Assembly (NCBI RefSeq): GCF_946188615.1
Contig: NZ_CAMHVK010000002.1
Span: forward strand, 175,616 to 215,615
Direction of reading: 5' to 3'
Source: Streptococcus mitis
GTDB taxonomy: Bacteria > Bacillota > Bacilli > Lactobacillales > Streptococcaceae
DNA length: 40,000 nucleotides
The number at the start of each line of letters is the position of its first letter. Positions within the stretch are counted from its first letter, which is position 1. Positions 33,558 to 40,000 of this stretch are shown here, piece by piece. A program made the position numbers and the translations under genes. The notes beneath the pieces were generated by a model, which saw nothing but the letters and a program-made list of their open reading frames with translations, searched no databases and was not told the origin of the DNA.

Positions 33558-33694
33558 CAGTCATACGCCCTTCCTTTAAATTCATTTTTGATTTCCACGC
33601 TCCCACATTTTACGCATTCAAGAGGTAGATAATTATCATACCAATCAAACTCACGTCCACAATCAGCGCACGTACATTTCCATAAGTACATCAT
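33557..33694 (-). CDS. Small zinc-ribbon protein (45 aa)
   Basis: Below the track cutoff. MMYLWKCTCADCGREFDWYDNYLPLECVKCGSVEIKNEFKGRAYD. ATGA and TGATG overlaps couple it to both neighbours. GGAGG RBS. Confidence 0.55.
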   Translation of the reverse strand: MMYLWKCTCADCGREFDWYDNYLPLECVKCGSVEIKNEFKGRAYD

Positions 33695-33882
33695 TTCCTC
33701 CGTAATTTCAGTTGGAAATTCTCTGCTTCTAATCTTTTTCTTAAAGATTGTTCCTGTCGCAATTGTTTCTTGAGATCATCAATTTCATGTTGCATATGCG
33801 CCATCATCTCTAGGCCACGCATCTTCTCTCTACGTTTGCAAGTGGATAAATCCCACGCTTGTCTATCCCATACGATTTGCAT
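33691..33882 (-). CDS. Small coiled-coil protein
   Basis: 63-aa ORF overlapping the upstream gene by 20 nt. Confidence 0.45.
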   Translation of the reverse strand: MQIVWDRQAWDLSTCKRREKMRGLEMMAHMQHEIDDLKKQLRQEQSLRKRLEAENFQLKLRRK

Positions 33883-34189
33883 AGCGTACTCTCCGTGGTT
33901 CTGGCAATGCTAGAGGTTCTGGACGCAACCCTTCTGGTCGCTCGTTGTCAAATGTGAAACCTGGAAATGGACGTCTGATGTTCTTGCGGATTTGTTGACA
34001 TTCAATTTTTCGTCCGATTTCAAGCAATTCATTGCAAGTTCTAATCGCTTGCGTGTCCTGTTCTTCTTGAAGTCGTCTTTCTTCAAGTTCCCGTTGCTCA
34101 CGTTGGTGTGCTAGGATTCCTGCTCCTAGAAAACCAATGACTAAGGCGCCTGCTCCTAATAGCTGGCTAACTAAAGGTGGTTCAAACAT
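33863..34189 (-). CDS. Membrane-anchored hypothetical protein
   Basis: 108 aa. N-terminal TM LLGAGALVIGFLGAGILA, then a charged region. Confidence 0.5.
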   Translation of the reverse strand: MFEPPLVSQLLGAGALVIGFLGAGILAHQREQRELEERRLQEEQDTQAIRTCNELLEIGRKIECQQIRKNIRRPFPGFTFDNERPEGLRPEPLALPEPRRVRYANRMG

Positions 34190-34191
34190 TT

Positions 34192-34503
34192 TTATACTCC
34201 TAACATTTTTTCTTTCTTCATATTCTCAAGCATTTCTGCCAAAGTTTCTTTCTTCGTACGATATCGATTTCTGCTTTTCCATTTAACAAACAATCGAAAT
34301 CCTTCGTAATCGATAAATACAATCTTATGAGTTGGGTTATCGATGAACTGTTTGAAGTCTGGATGTTCTCGCATTTCACTTGCCCACACTTTTGCAGTTC
34401 CAGTAGTTAACCCTTCCCACCTCTGACAAAGATGGCTATAGTCGCCGTGTGTGGCTTTTTCATCCACATCGACTGGCTTATAAGTAATTTCTGCTTTTGG
34501 CAT
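34192..34503 (-). CDS. Hypothetical early protein (tentatively DUF771/excisionase-like)
   Basis: 103-aa ORF. The segment WASEMREHPDFKQFIDNP...FIDYEGFRLFVKW weakly resembles DUF771 phage proteins. Confidence 0.45.
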   Translation of the reverse strand: MPKAEITYKPVDVDEKATHGDYSHLCQRWEGLTTGTAKVWASEMREHPDFKQFIDNPTHKIVFIDYEGFRLFVKWKSRNRYRTKKETLAEMLENMKKEKMLGV

Positions 34504-34522
34504 GGCATTCCCTTTCTATTTG

Positions 34523-34531
34523 TGTTATAAT
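34523..34531 (+). promoter_or_regulatory. Plus-strand extended -10 promoter element (TGTTATAAT)
   Basis: Perfect TGnTATAAT in an intergenic gap of an otherwise all-minus-strand region. Weak -35 (TGGCAT). Confidence 0.4.
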
Positions 34532-34551
34532 TTCATTGAATAATTTTGATT

Positions 34552-34581
34552 AGCACTTGACTCTCGTTAGGTGCTTTTTTT
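34552..34581 (+). terminator. Orientation-specific plus-strand intrinsic terminator, the 3' end of a putative ~45-nt antisense RNA
   Basis: AGCACUUGAC-UCUC-GUUAGGUGCU, 10 bp including two G-U pairs, followed by a U6-7 tract. G-U pairs and the U-tract exist only on the plus strand. Confidence 0.6.
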
Positions 34582-34586
34582 ATGAA

Positions 34587-35363
34587 TTAAGCCACCTCTT
34601 TCTTCTCAATCAGCGGCAAAATCCCCTTTTTATTTTTAAGTAGATCATAAAGGAATAAACGACCTTTTTGAGTCCAGTAAGTATGCATCTTGCTATAATC
34701 TGCATCAATTGTATGAGTTTTTGACTGAGTGTAACCTTTGCCTGCGTACTTCTGATACAAAAGCCAAGTACTACCTTGCTTGTATTGTACTTTAAGTTCA
34801 TGCAAGATTTTATTAAGCTTTGTGGCGCTCATCCCGTAATCTTTAGCGATTACTGAAATCGGTACAAGTGATTTATTTTGCAAGACTAAGTCGTAATATG
34901 TTGCTTTAGGTTGTAGTTCTTGGATAATTTGATTCTTTTGAGCCACTTCTTCCTGCGCTTTCAAACGCAGTTGTCGTTCTTCTTTTAGCTTCTGAAGTGC
35001 TGCGATTGCCATGTCTGGATTCTCAAGCAGATCATCAATAGCGTACAAGCCATGCTTGCGAATAGATTTCAAGATTTCTTTGACTTTTTTCTTGAACTCT
35101 TTTGCCAATGGTTTTCGAGATTGCATAAGAACTTCATAGAGTCCGTTCTCTGTTAAGAACCATACCTCTCTATTTTGACCTGCCCTAAGGATTGTTGAGG
35201 TCAGCTTTTCATCTTCATCTACTGACTTTAACATTTCCGTAGGATTGCTATGCTCAATCCATTCAGCTACATCCTTTGCGACAAACAATAGTTCATCTGC
35301 TGTTCCGTATACTGTGAAGTGTTTACCGAGAACTTCCTGCTCGTTAATAATAGTTAATTCCAT
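34587..35363 (-). CDS. Phage antirepressor (Bro-N domain plus KilAC domain)
   Basis: ATG at 35363 (MELTII) follows GGAGG. N-terminal Bro-N-like FVAKDVAEWIEHSNP. C-terminal KilAC-like SVIAKDYGMSATKLNKILHELKVQY. Confidence 0.8.
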   Translation of the reverse strand: MELTIINEQEVLGKHFTVYGTADELLFVAKDVAEWIEHSNPTEMLKSVDEDEKLTSTILRAGQNREVWFLTENGLYEVLMQSRKPLAKEFKKKVKEILKSIRKHGLYAIDDLLENPDMAIAALQKLKEERQLRLKAQEEVAQKNQIIQELQPKATYYDLVLQNKSLVPISVIAKDYGMSATKLNKILHELKVQYKQGSTWLLYQKYAGKGYTQSKTHTIDADYSKMHTYWTQKGRLFLYDLLKNKKGILPLIEKKEVA

Positions 35364-35364
35364 G

Positions 35365-35559
35365 TTATTCCTCCAATAATTGTTCAAGACGAACATTCAA
35401 ATAATTTGCAATTGAATTTAAAGTAGTCGCTGACGGCGAACTGGTATTCCATTTGCTGATAGTACCGTTACCTAAATCGAGATCTTTTTCAATTCGATAA
35501 ATCGAAATCCCTTTGTCCAAGGCGATTTGTTTTATTCTGTCATAAATCACATCCAACAC
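35365..35559 (-). CDS. Cro-like XRE-family HTH regulator
   Basis: 64 aa, ISIYRIEKDLDLGNGTISKWN HTH, divergent from the cI-like gene. The true start may be GTG 35550, 8 nt after GGAGG. Confidence 0.75.
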   Translation of the reverse strand: MLDVIYDRIKQIALDKGISIYRIEKDLDLGNGTISKWNTSSPSATTLNSIANYLNVRLEQLLEE

Positions 35560-35832
35560 CTCCTTCTATTAGAAAATTTTATAAGAAAATAAGCACTAAA
35601 TGTTGACAAATAATAGAAAATAGTCTATTATTAAGGTATACAAAATACAGCTATATCATAAAAGTTAGATATAACAAAAAATCTTGGCGGATTATTCTAT
35701 TTGTATTTTACTTTATGTTAGCTGGTCAACTAGCTTACAAAATAAGTATAACTGAAAATTTTCTATTTGTCAACAATTTGATAGAAAATTTTACATTATT
35801 TTGTAAAGCCTTATTTTTGGAGGTTTTTACAC
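35560..35832. promoter_or_regulatory. Genetic switch region: two face-to-face promoters and repeated operator-like sites
   Basis: Plus strand TTGACA (35603)-17-TATTAT (35626). Minus strand TTGACA (35773-35768)-17-TATACT (35750-35745). 12-bp inverted repeat TGTTGACAAATA. TAGAAAATTTT occurs 3 times, plus ATAGAAAAT. Confidence 0.6.
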
Positions 35833-36201
35833 ATGACTATTTTAGATAGAATACGTTCGTTAGCCAATGATAGAAAGGTTACTCTTGCTGAATTGGAAAG
35901 GAGTTTAAACTTTAGTAATGGCAGTCTCAGAAAATGGGAAACTTCAACTCCTAGTGGCGATAAAATTGAAAAAATTGCTGATTACTTTAACGTATCAGTT
36001 GATTATTTATTGGGCAGAACAAAAAATCCTTACACATCAAATGACGATTTGATGAACACTCAAGAACTTGAAACTCTAATAATGTTTCGAAAAGAAACCG
36101 AGGATATGTCCGATGATGAAAAAGAGCGTTTTAACAAAGCACTCTTTAGCATGATGAAAAATGCTCGTGCTCTTGCCAAAGATGATTCTTTCTGGAAGTA
36201 G
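35833..36201 (+). CDS. cI-like repressor (XRE-family HTH)
   Basis: 122 aa, VTLAELERSLNFSNGSLRKWE HTH. First gene of the plus-strand lysogeny operon. RBS GGAGG. Confidence 0.8.
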   Translation: MTILDRIRSLANDRKVTLAELERSLNFSNGSLRKWETSTPSGDKIEKIADYFNVSVDYLLGRTKNPYTSNDDLMNTQELETLIMFRKETEDMSDDEKERFNKALFSMMKNARALAKDDSFWK

Positions 36202-36209
36202 GTGGCTAT

Positions 36210-36971
36210 TTGAAACGATTTACAAGACCCTCAAAAGAAACTTACTTACAATATCACGGAAATGCAAACAGACTACTTATGGATATATCTAACCATTTCA
36301 ATATCCATATTTCTCAAATCACTTTCGATCTAATCATTGAATTCTTTGAAACTAAGTTTAATATTTTATTTGTCTATTTTGAAGCGGATTTAATGTACAA
36401 ATGGTTCCCGAATAAAAAACAAGAACTTAAGTATAATTTAACTTCAAATAATTCTCTCTTGTTGGTTGATTTCAGCTTTTGTAATGTTTGTTCTGGAATG
36501 ACGATTCCTGATTTTCAAAAGAATCGTTTTGTTGTTTATATCAACCAAGATGTGATTAAGGGAAGAGTTATGTTTACAATCCTTCACGAATTAGCCCATA
36601 TATACTGTCATCTTATGGATTCTGTTTATGATAAAGTCCTGGTTTCTAAGACCTCGTCAAACTATAGCGATTCCTACCCAAGTGAGATTGCCCCATTAGA
36701 GGACGAAGCAAATACCATTGCATCAATTTTGTTTCTCAACGATTATAAACTGCTTGAATATATAAATTCTGGGCTGACATTCAAACAACTTATTGATCTC
36801 AGTCAAATGTCAAAACCTGCATTACATAATCGTTTGATGAACTTTCTAATGTATAATTGTAGTTGCCAAGAGTATTACGCCCTCAGCATAGTCCAAGGGT
36901 ACAAAAATGACGAAGACTGGGCTATTTTGACTTTACAACAATTTCAAAGAGAATTACAAGAAATTGCTTAA
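36210..36971 (+). CDS. ImmA/IrrE-family metallopeptidase
   Basis: 253 aa. HEXXH motif (ILHELAHIY). Immediately downstream of the repressor. TTG start after AGGTGG. Confidence 0.75.
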   Translation: MKRFTRPSKETYLQYHGNANRLLMDISNHFNIHISQITFDLIIEFFETKFNILFVYFEADLMYKWFPNKKQELKYNLTSNNSLLLVDFSFCNVCSGMTIPDFQKNRFVVYINQDVIKGRVMFTILHELAHIYCHLMDSVYDKVLVSKTSSNYSDSYPSEIAPLEDEANTIASILFLNDYKLLEYINSGLTFKQLIDLSQMSKPALHNRLMNFLMYNCSCQEYYALSIVQGYKNDEDWAILTLQQFQRELQEIA

Positions 36972-37065
36972 AATACAAGAGGTAAAAAAACACGACGACA
37001 TCCGAACTATTAGGGAAGTTGTCAGTGTGTATAGAGAAAAATAAAAAAGAAAGTAGGTAATTACA

Positions 37066-37323
37066 ATGGGAATGTTTAAAGGTCCTAGCACTCTTTCAGT
37101 CGCTTCAGAAGCTGAAGATTTACAATATGTTGTCTTACAGGTAACTTTAAAAGAGAAACTTTTTGGTACAGGGTCGCGTAACCTTACAGCCTTAGAAGAG
37201 GTTATCAACGAGCAAGCAGCCAAAGGCTATAGACTTCACACAATAAGCACTGCTAGTGGCGGTAGTTCTGGTTTGGTTGGTGGTGACCGTATCCAAGCGA
37301 CTATGGTATTTGAGAAAATTTAA
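37066..37323 (+). CDS. DUF4177-like small protein
   Basis: 85 aa. LEEVINEQAAKGYRLHTIS pattern. Possible own promoter TTGTCA-17-TAAAAA upstream. Confidence 0.6.
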   Translation: MGMFKGPSTLSVASEAEDLQYVVLQVTLKEKLFGTGSRNLTALEEVINEQAAKGYRLHTISTASGGSSGLVGGDRIQATMVFEKI

Positions 37324-37328
37324 AAAAT

Positions 37329-37367
37329 CCCCACGCTCTCAAAACTTTGGCGAGTCTGAGCGTGGGG
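37329..37367 (-). terminator. Strong hairpin with a U-tract only on the minus strand
   Basis: CCCCACGCTC, 19 nt, GAGCGTGGGG (10 bp perfect). The minus strand is followed by AUUUUUUAAAUUUU. The plus strand has no U-tract. Confidence 0.55.
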
Positions 37368-37442
37368 ATATCCTGGATAGTAAAAGGCATTAAAAAGCCC
37401 TCTTTACTATACCCATTTTATCAAAAAAGTGAGGTAAATACA

Positions 37443-38594
37443 ATGTGGATGGAAGAACTTTCTAACGGAAAATACAAATTTTTTGAACGATATAGAGACC
37501 CGTATACCGAGAAGTGGAAACGAGTGTCGGTTACTCTTGATTCTGGCTCAAGCAGGGCAAAGAAAGAAGCTCAGAAACAACTGGACGAGAAAATAGCAGA
37601 AAAGCTCCAAAGTCTTACTACTACAGATATGCTTTTTACAGACGTGCTCAACGACTGGTGGGAACTTCATAAAAAGTCAATCAAACCTTCTACCATAAAG
37701 ACCATGGTCTATTCCGTAGATGAAGTAAAAGAGACTTTTGCGCCTGACGTGAAAATAAAAAATATCACTGCCAAATACACCCAGCAGTACTTTACGGACT
37801 CGGAAGAAAATCATATCAAACTCAAAAAGCAAAAGTCAGTACTAAGCATGGTTTTTAAGTATGCGCTTGATATGGAACTAGTAGATAGCAATCCTGTTCA
37901 GCGTGTAAGACTTCCTAAAAAGGTTGTTACATACGAAAATATGGAACAGATTGAGGATAAGTTCCTTGAGCAAAGTGAATTAAAAAGGCTTCTTAAAGCG
38001 ATGAAAAACTACAATCGGGGCTATCACGTTGCTCGTATGGCTGAATTCATGGCGCTGAACGGCTGCCGTGTCGGGGAAGCTGGGGCTCTGAAGTTTGAAA
38101 ATTATGATAAAGAAAATCGCACTATCACCATCAATGGCACTTTAGATCCAACCAGAAAAGGTTCTGAGGGTATTAAGACCACACCTAAGACCTTATCATC
38201 TATCAGAGTAGTTGACCTAACAAAAAAAGAAATTGAAATCATTGAAGAATTCATAGAGTTACATAAACTAAGAAAGAATACAAACCCAAACTATAAAGAT
38301 ATGGGATTTATATTTGTATCAGCCAATGGAATTCCCATTCATAAATCAAGTATCGGCAAGCTCATGAAAAATGCAAACGCCACTTTAAAGAAGCCAATCA
38401 ACAAACCACTTCACCCACATATACTACGTCATACACTAATCAGTACGCTTGCTGAAAACAATATTCCACTAAAGGCCATCACGCAAAGAGTTGGGCATAA
38501 AGATAACGGAAAGACCACAATGGAAATCTATACTCACGTAACCAAGAACATCAAGTCGAAAGTTGTTGATGTACTAGATAAAATTTATAAATAG
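37443..38594 (+). CDS. int: Tyrosine site-specific integrase
   Basis: ATG at 37443 (MWMEEL) follows GTGAGG. C-terminal HPHILRHT and EIYTHV (catalytic Tyr) motifs. It is the last phage gene before host DNA. Confidence 0.9.
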   Translation: MWMEELSNGKYKFFERYRDPYTEKWKRVSVTLDSGSSRAKKEAQKQLDEKIAEKLQSLTTTDMLFTDVLNDWWELHKKSIKPSTIKTMVYSVDEVKETFAPDVKIKNITAKYTQQYFTDSEENHIKLKKQKSVLSMVFKYALDMELVDSNPVQRVRLPKKVVTYENMEQIEDKFLEQSELKRLLKAMKNYNRGYHVARMAEFMALNGCRVGEAGALKFENYDKENRTITINGTLDPTRKGSEGIKTTPKTLSSIRVVDLTKKEIEIIEEFIELHKLRKNTNPNYKDMGFIFVSANGIPIHKSSIGKLMKNANATLKKPINKPLHPHILRHTLISTLAENNIPLKAITQRVGHKDNGKTTMEIYTHVTKNIKSKVVDVLDKIYK

Positions 38595-38620
38595 TTTTGC
38601 CCCTTTTTTGCCCCCTGGCA

Positions 38621-38659
38621 CATAAAAATAAAAACCGCTACTCCTAAGAATAGCGGTTT
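38621..38659 (-). terminator. rplJ-rplL operon terminator (also faces the int 3' end)
   Basis: Minus strand AAACCGCUA, 10 nt, UAGCGGUUU followed by UUAUUUUUAU. Confidence 0.7.
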
Positions 38660-38694
38660 AATCATGTTTTTAAGCTACTAATGTAGTCGCTCTA

Positions 38695-39060
38695 TTATTT
38701 AAGAGTAACTGAAGCTCCAGCTTCTTCCAATTTAGCTTTGATTTCTTCAGCTTCTGCAGTTGCAACGCCTTCTTTGATGACACCTGGTGCACCATCAACA
38801 AGTTCTTTAGCTTCTTTAAGACCAAGACCAGTGATTTCACGTACAACTTTGATAACGCCGACTTTCTTGTCGCCTGCAGCTGTCAATTCAACGTCAAATG
38901 AATCTTTAGCAGCTTCTTCAGCGCCACCAGCAGCAGCTACAGCTACAGGAGCAGCTGCAGTTACACCAAATTCTTCTTCGATAGCTTTTACAAGGTCGTT
39001 CAATTCAAGGATTGAAGCTTCTTTAATTTCAGCAATAATGTTTTCAATGTTCAATGCCAT
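38695..39060 (-). CDS. rplL: 50S ribosomal protein L7/L12
   Basis: [33 protein letters not shown]...EAGASVTLK is unmistakably L7/L12. ATG at 39060 follows GGAGGA. Confidence 0.97.
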   Translation of the reverse strand: MALNIENIIAEIKEASILELNDLVKAIEEEFGVTAAAPVAVAAAGGAEEAAKDSFDVELTAAGDKKVGVIKVVREITGLGLKEAKELVDGAPGVIKEGVATAEAEEIKAKLEEAGASVTLK

Positions 39061-39136
39061 TGTTATTTCCTCCAAATAAGTTTTAAAATTAGTTTTTTAT
39101 TTTTTTCGTAGCTAGGCTACGCTGCGTAGCTTAAGA

Positions 39137-39637
39137 TTAAGCTGCGTCTTCTTTGTTGTCTGCAACCGCTTTGACTGCAAGAGCAACGTTGCGCACTGGC
39201 GCTTGAAGTACAGAAAGGAGCATAGAAAGAAGTCCTTCGCGGTTTGGAAGAGTTGCAAGAGCAAGAATCTCTTCTTTAGATGCGACAGCGCCTTCGATTG
39301 CACCACCTTTGATTTCAAGTGCTTCAGCGTTTTTAGAAAAGTCGTTCAAGATTTTCGCTGGTGCGATAACATCTTCGTTAGAAAATGCTACTGCAGATGG
39401 TCCAACAAATACAGATGCAAGATCTTCAAGACCAGCTTTTTCAGCTGCACGACGCAAGATTGAGTTTTTAATAACTTTATACTCAACTTCGCTTCCACGA
39501 AGCTCACGACGAAGAACTGTATCTTGCTCAACTGTCAAACCACGAGCGTCTACAACGACGATAGATGCAGCAGCTTTCATTTTTTCAGCTACTACGTCAA
39601 CTAGTTCCGCTTTTTTAGCAATAATTGCTTCACTCAT
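39137..39637 (-). CDS. rplJ: 50S ribosomal protein L10
   Basis: [46 protein letters not shown]... is typical L10. ATG at 39637 follows GGAGGTG. Confidence 0.95.
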   Translation of the reverse strand: MSEAIIAKKAELVDVVAEKMKAAASIVVVDARGLTVEQDTVLRRELRGSEVEYKVIKNSILRRAAEKAGLEDLASVFVGPSAVAFSNEDVIAPAKILNDFSKNAEALEIKGGAIEGAVASKEEILALATLPNREGLLSMLLSVLQAPVRNVALAVKAVADNKEDAA

Positions 39638-39808
39638 TAGTGTGTTCACCTCCGTTATTATTTTGCTTGGGGAATTTTTCCAAAAGAAAAACGCGCCCAA
39701 ACCTAGACACGAAAGTACAATACGCTTCTTTTTACATGATACGTTTTGTCCTCGGTAGGATACTTATGAGTCGAGCTCCCCTACTGTCTTAGGCAGTTTT
39801 TTCAAACC
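39638..39808 (-). promoter_or_regulatory. rplJ 5' leader (probable L10-leader autoregulatory RNA)
   Basis: A ~170-nt untranslated leader lies between the promoter and rplJ. Firmicute rplJ operons carry an L10(L12)4-binding leader. Structure not verified here. Confidence 0.45.
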
Positions 39809-39815
39809 GTATATA

Positions 39816-39844
39816 AGTATAGCATAGTAAAAAAAAGAATGCAA
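39816..39844 (-). promoter_or_regulatory. rplJ operon promoter
   Basis: Minus strand TTGCAT (39844-39839), 17 nt, TATACT (39821-39816). Confidence 0.6.
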
Positions 39845-39887
39845 GATTTTTGCAAACTTTTTTTAAAATTTTTTCGTGATTTTTCTT

Positions 39888-40000
39888 TTAAAATTCTACT
39901 GTTAGGACTTGACCTTGCTTAACAACCTGTTCTCCGTCAATATAGACATCATCTACATCACTGGACTTGACAGCATAGACTAGGTGAGAGAGCATATTTT
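39888..40000 (-). CDS. Amidohydrolase-family protein, C-terminal fragment (gene starts outside the window)
   Basis: Frame is open from the window edge to TAA at 39888-39890. ...VYAVKSSDVDDVYIDGEQVVKQGQVLTVEF is a typical amidohydrolase/chlorohydrolase C-terminus. Confidence 0.5.
   Translation of the reverse strand, partial: NMLSHLVYAVKSSDVDDVYIDGEQVVKQGQVLTVEF

Larger units (their letters stand above)
1..38620. mobile_element. Integrated temperate phage (prophage). Right boundary lies near the integrase and rplL terminator; left boundary is outside the window
   Basis: Collinear lysogeny, replication, packaging, head, contractile-tail and fibre modules. It abuts the host rplJ-rplL operon. 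Exact att core not determinable without the other junction. Confidence 0.9.

Noticed and set aside
7148-34801. Same-strand alternative-frame track ORFs nested inside longer genes (e.g. 7148..7345, 26013..26219, 31028..31258, 32159..32362, 33910..34101, 34610..34801, also 413..598, 1141..1392, 1548..1790)
   Set aside because: Each lies wholly inside a longer, motif-supported CDS in another frame, lacks an RBS and has biased composition. There is no evidence for overprinting.
35833-36971. XRE-HTH plus HEXXH protein pair as a toxin-antitoxin or defence module
   Set aside because: The arrangement (repressor followed by an ImmA/IrrE-type metallopeptidase, divergent from cro, next to int) is the canonical prophage repressor and anti-repressor protease pair. 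It is not an independent system.
36954-37223. Minus-strand 89-aa track ORF antisense to the DUF4177 gene
   Set aside because: It has no RBS and a Ser/Cys/Leu-rich composition. It overlaps a better-supported plus-strand CDS and the end of the ImmA gene.
39063-39136. Triple GCTACG / CGTAGC / GCTACG palindrome set in the rplJ-rplL spacer as an attenuator
   Set aside because: The hairpins are short (6 bp) and are followed by an A-tract rather than a U-tract on the transcribed strand. This is ordinary host intergenic structure and cannot be evaluated further from one sequence.

Overview
Positions 1 to about 38.6 kb are the right-hand part of a temperate prophage in a Streptococcus-like (Lactobacillales) host. 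It is inserted directly downstream of the host rplJ-rplL ribosomal-protein operon (38.7-39.8 kb). A partial amidohydrolase gene lies at the right edge. The prophage left end, including lysis genes and attL, is outside the window. Read right to left, almost everything is on the minus strand. The order is: integrase, DUF4177, ImmA-like protease and cI-like repressor (these four on the plus strand); a Cro/cI switch; antirepressor; an early/replication module (Gp157, RuvC-like resolvase, helicase, AAA_24/Sak4-like ATPase, DUF669 SSB-like protein, PrimPol, VirE-like primase-helicase, then an iteron-rich putative ori); small accessory genes (DNA methyltransferase, YopX, DUF3310, HTH proteins, late activator); a 1.2 kb ORF-poor region; terS, terL and portal; a MuF head-morphogenesis protein fused to an ADP-ribosyltransferase toxin domain, with a small overlapping downstream ORF; scaffold, capsid and connector genes; and a contractile tail/baseplate module collinear with Bacillus PBSX xkdK-xkdU, followed by fibre genes. 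The strongest lead is the ORF-free promoter-to-terminator unit of about 0.8 kb between the late activator and terS, with tRNA-like T-arm/acceptor elements beside it. This is a candidate large structured phage ncRNA of the GOLLD/ROOL type or a new one. Other leads are the MuF-ART toxin with its putative immunity gene, an orphan plus-strand promoter/terminator pair predicting a ~45-nt antisense RNA next to the antirepressor, face-to-face switch promoters inside an inverted repeat, the iteron ori, and a -1 frameshift site in the tail chaperone. All functional calls rest on motif recognition by eye and on synteny. No database search was possible.
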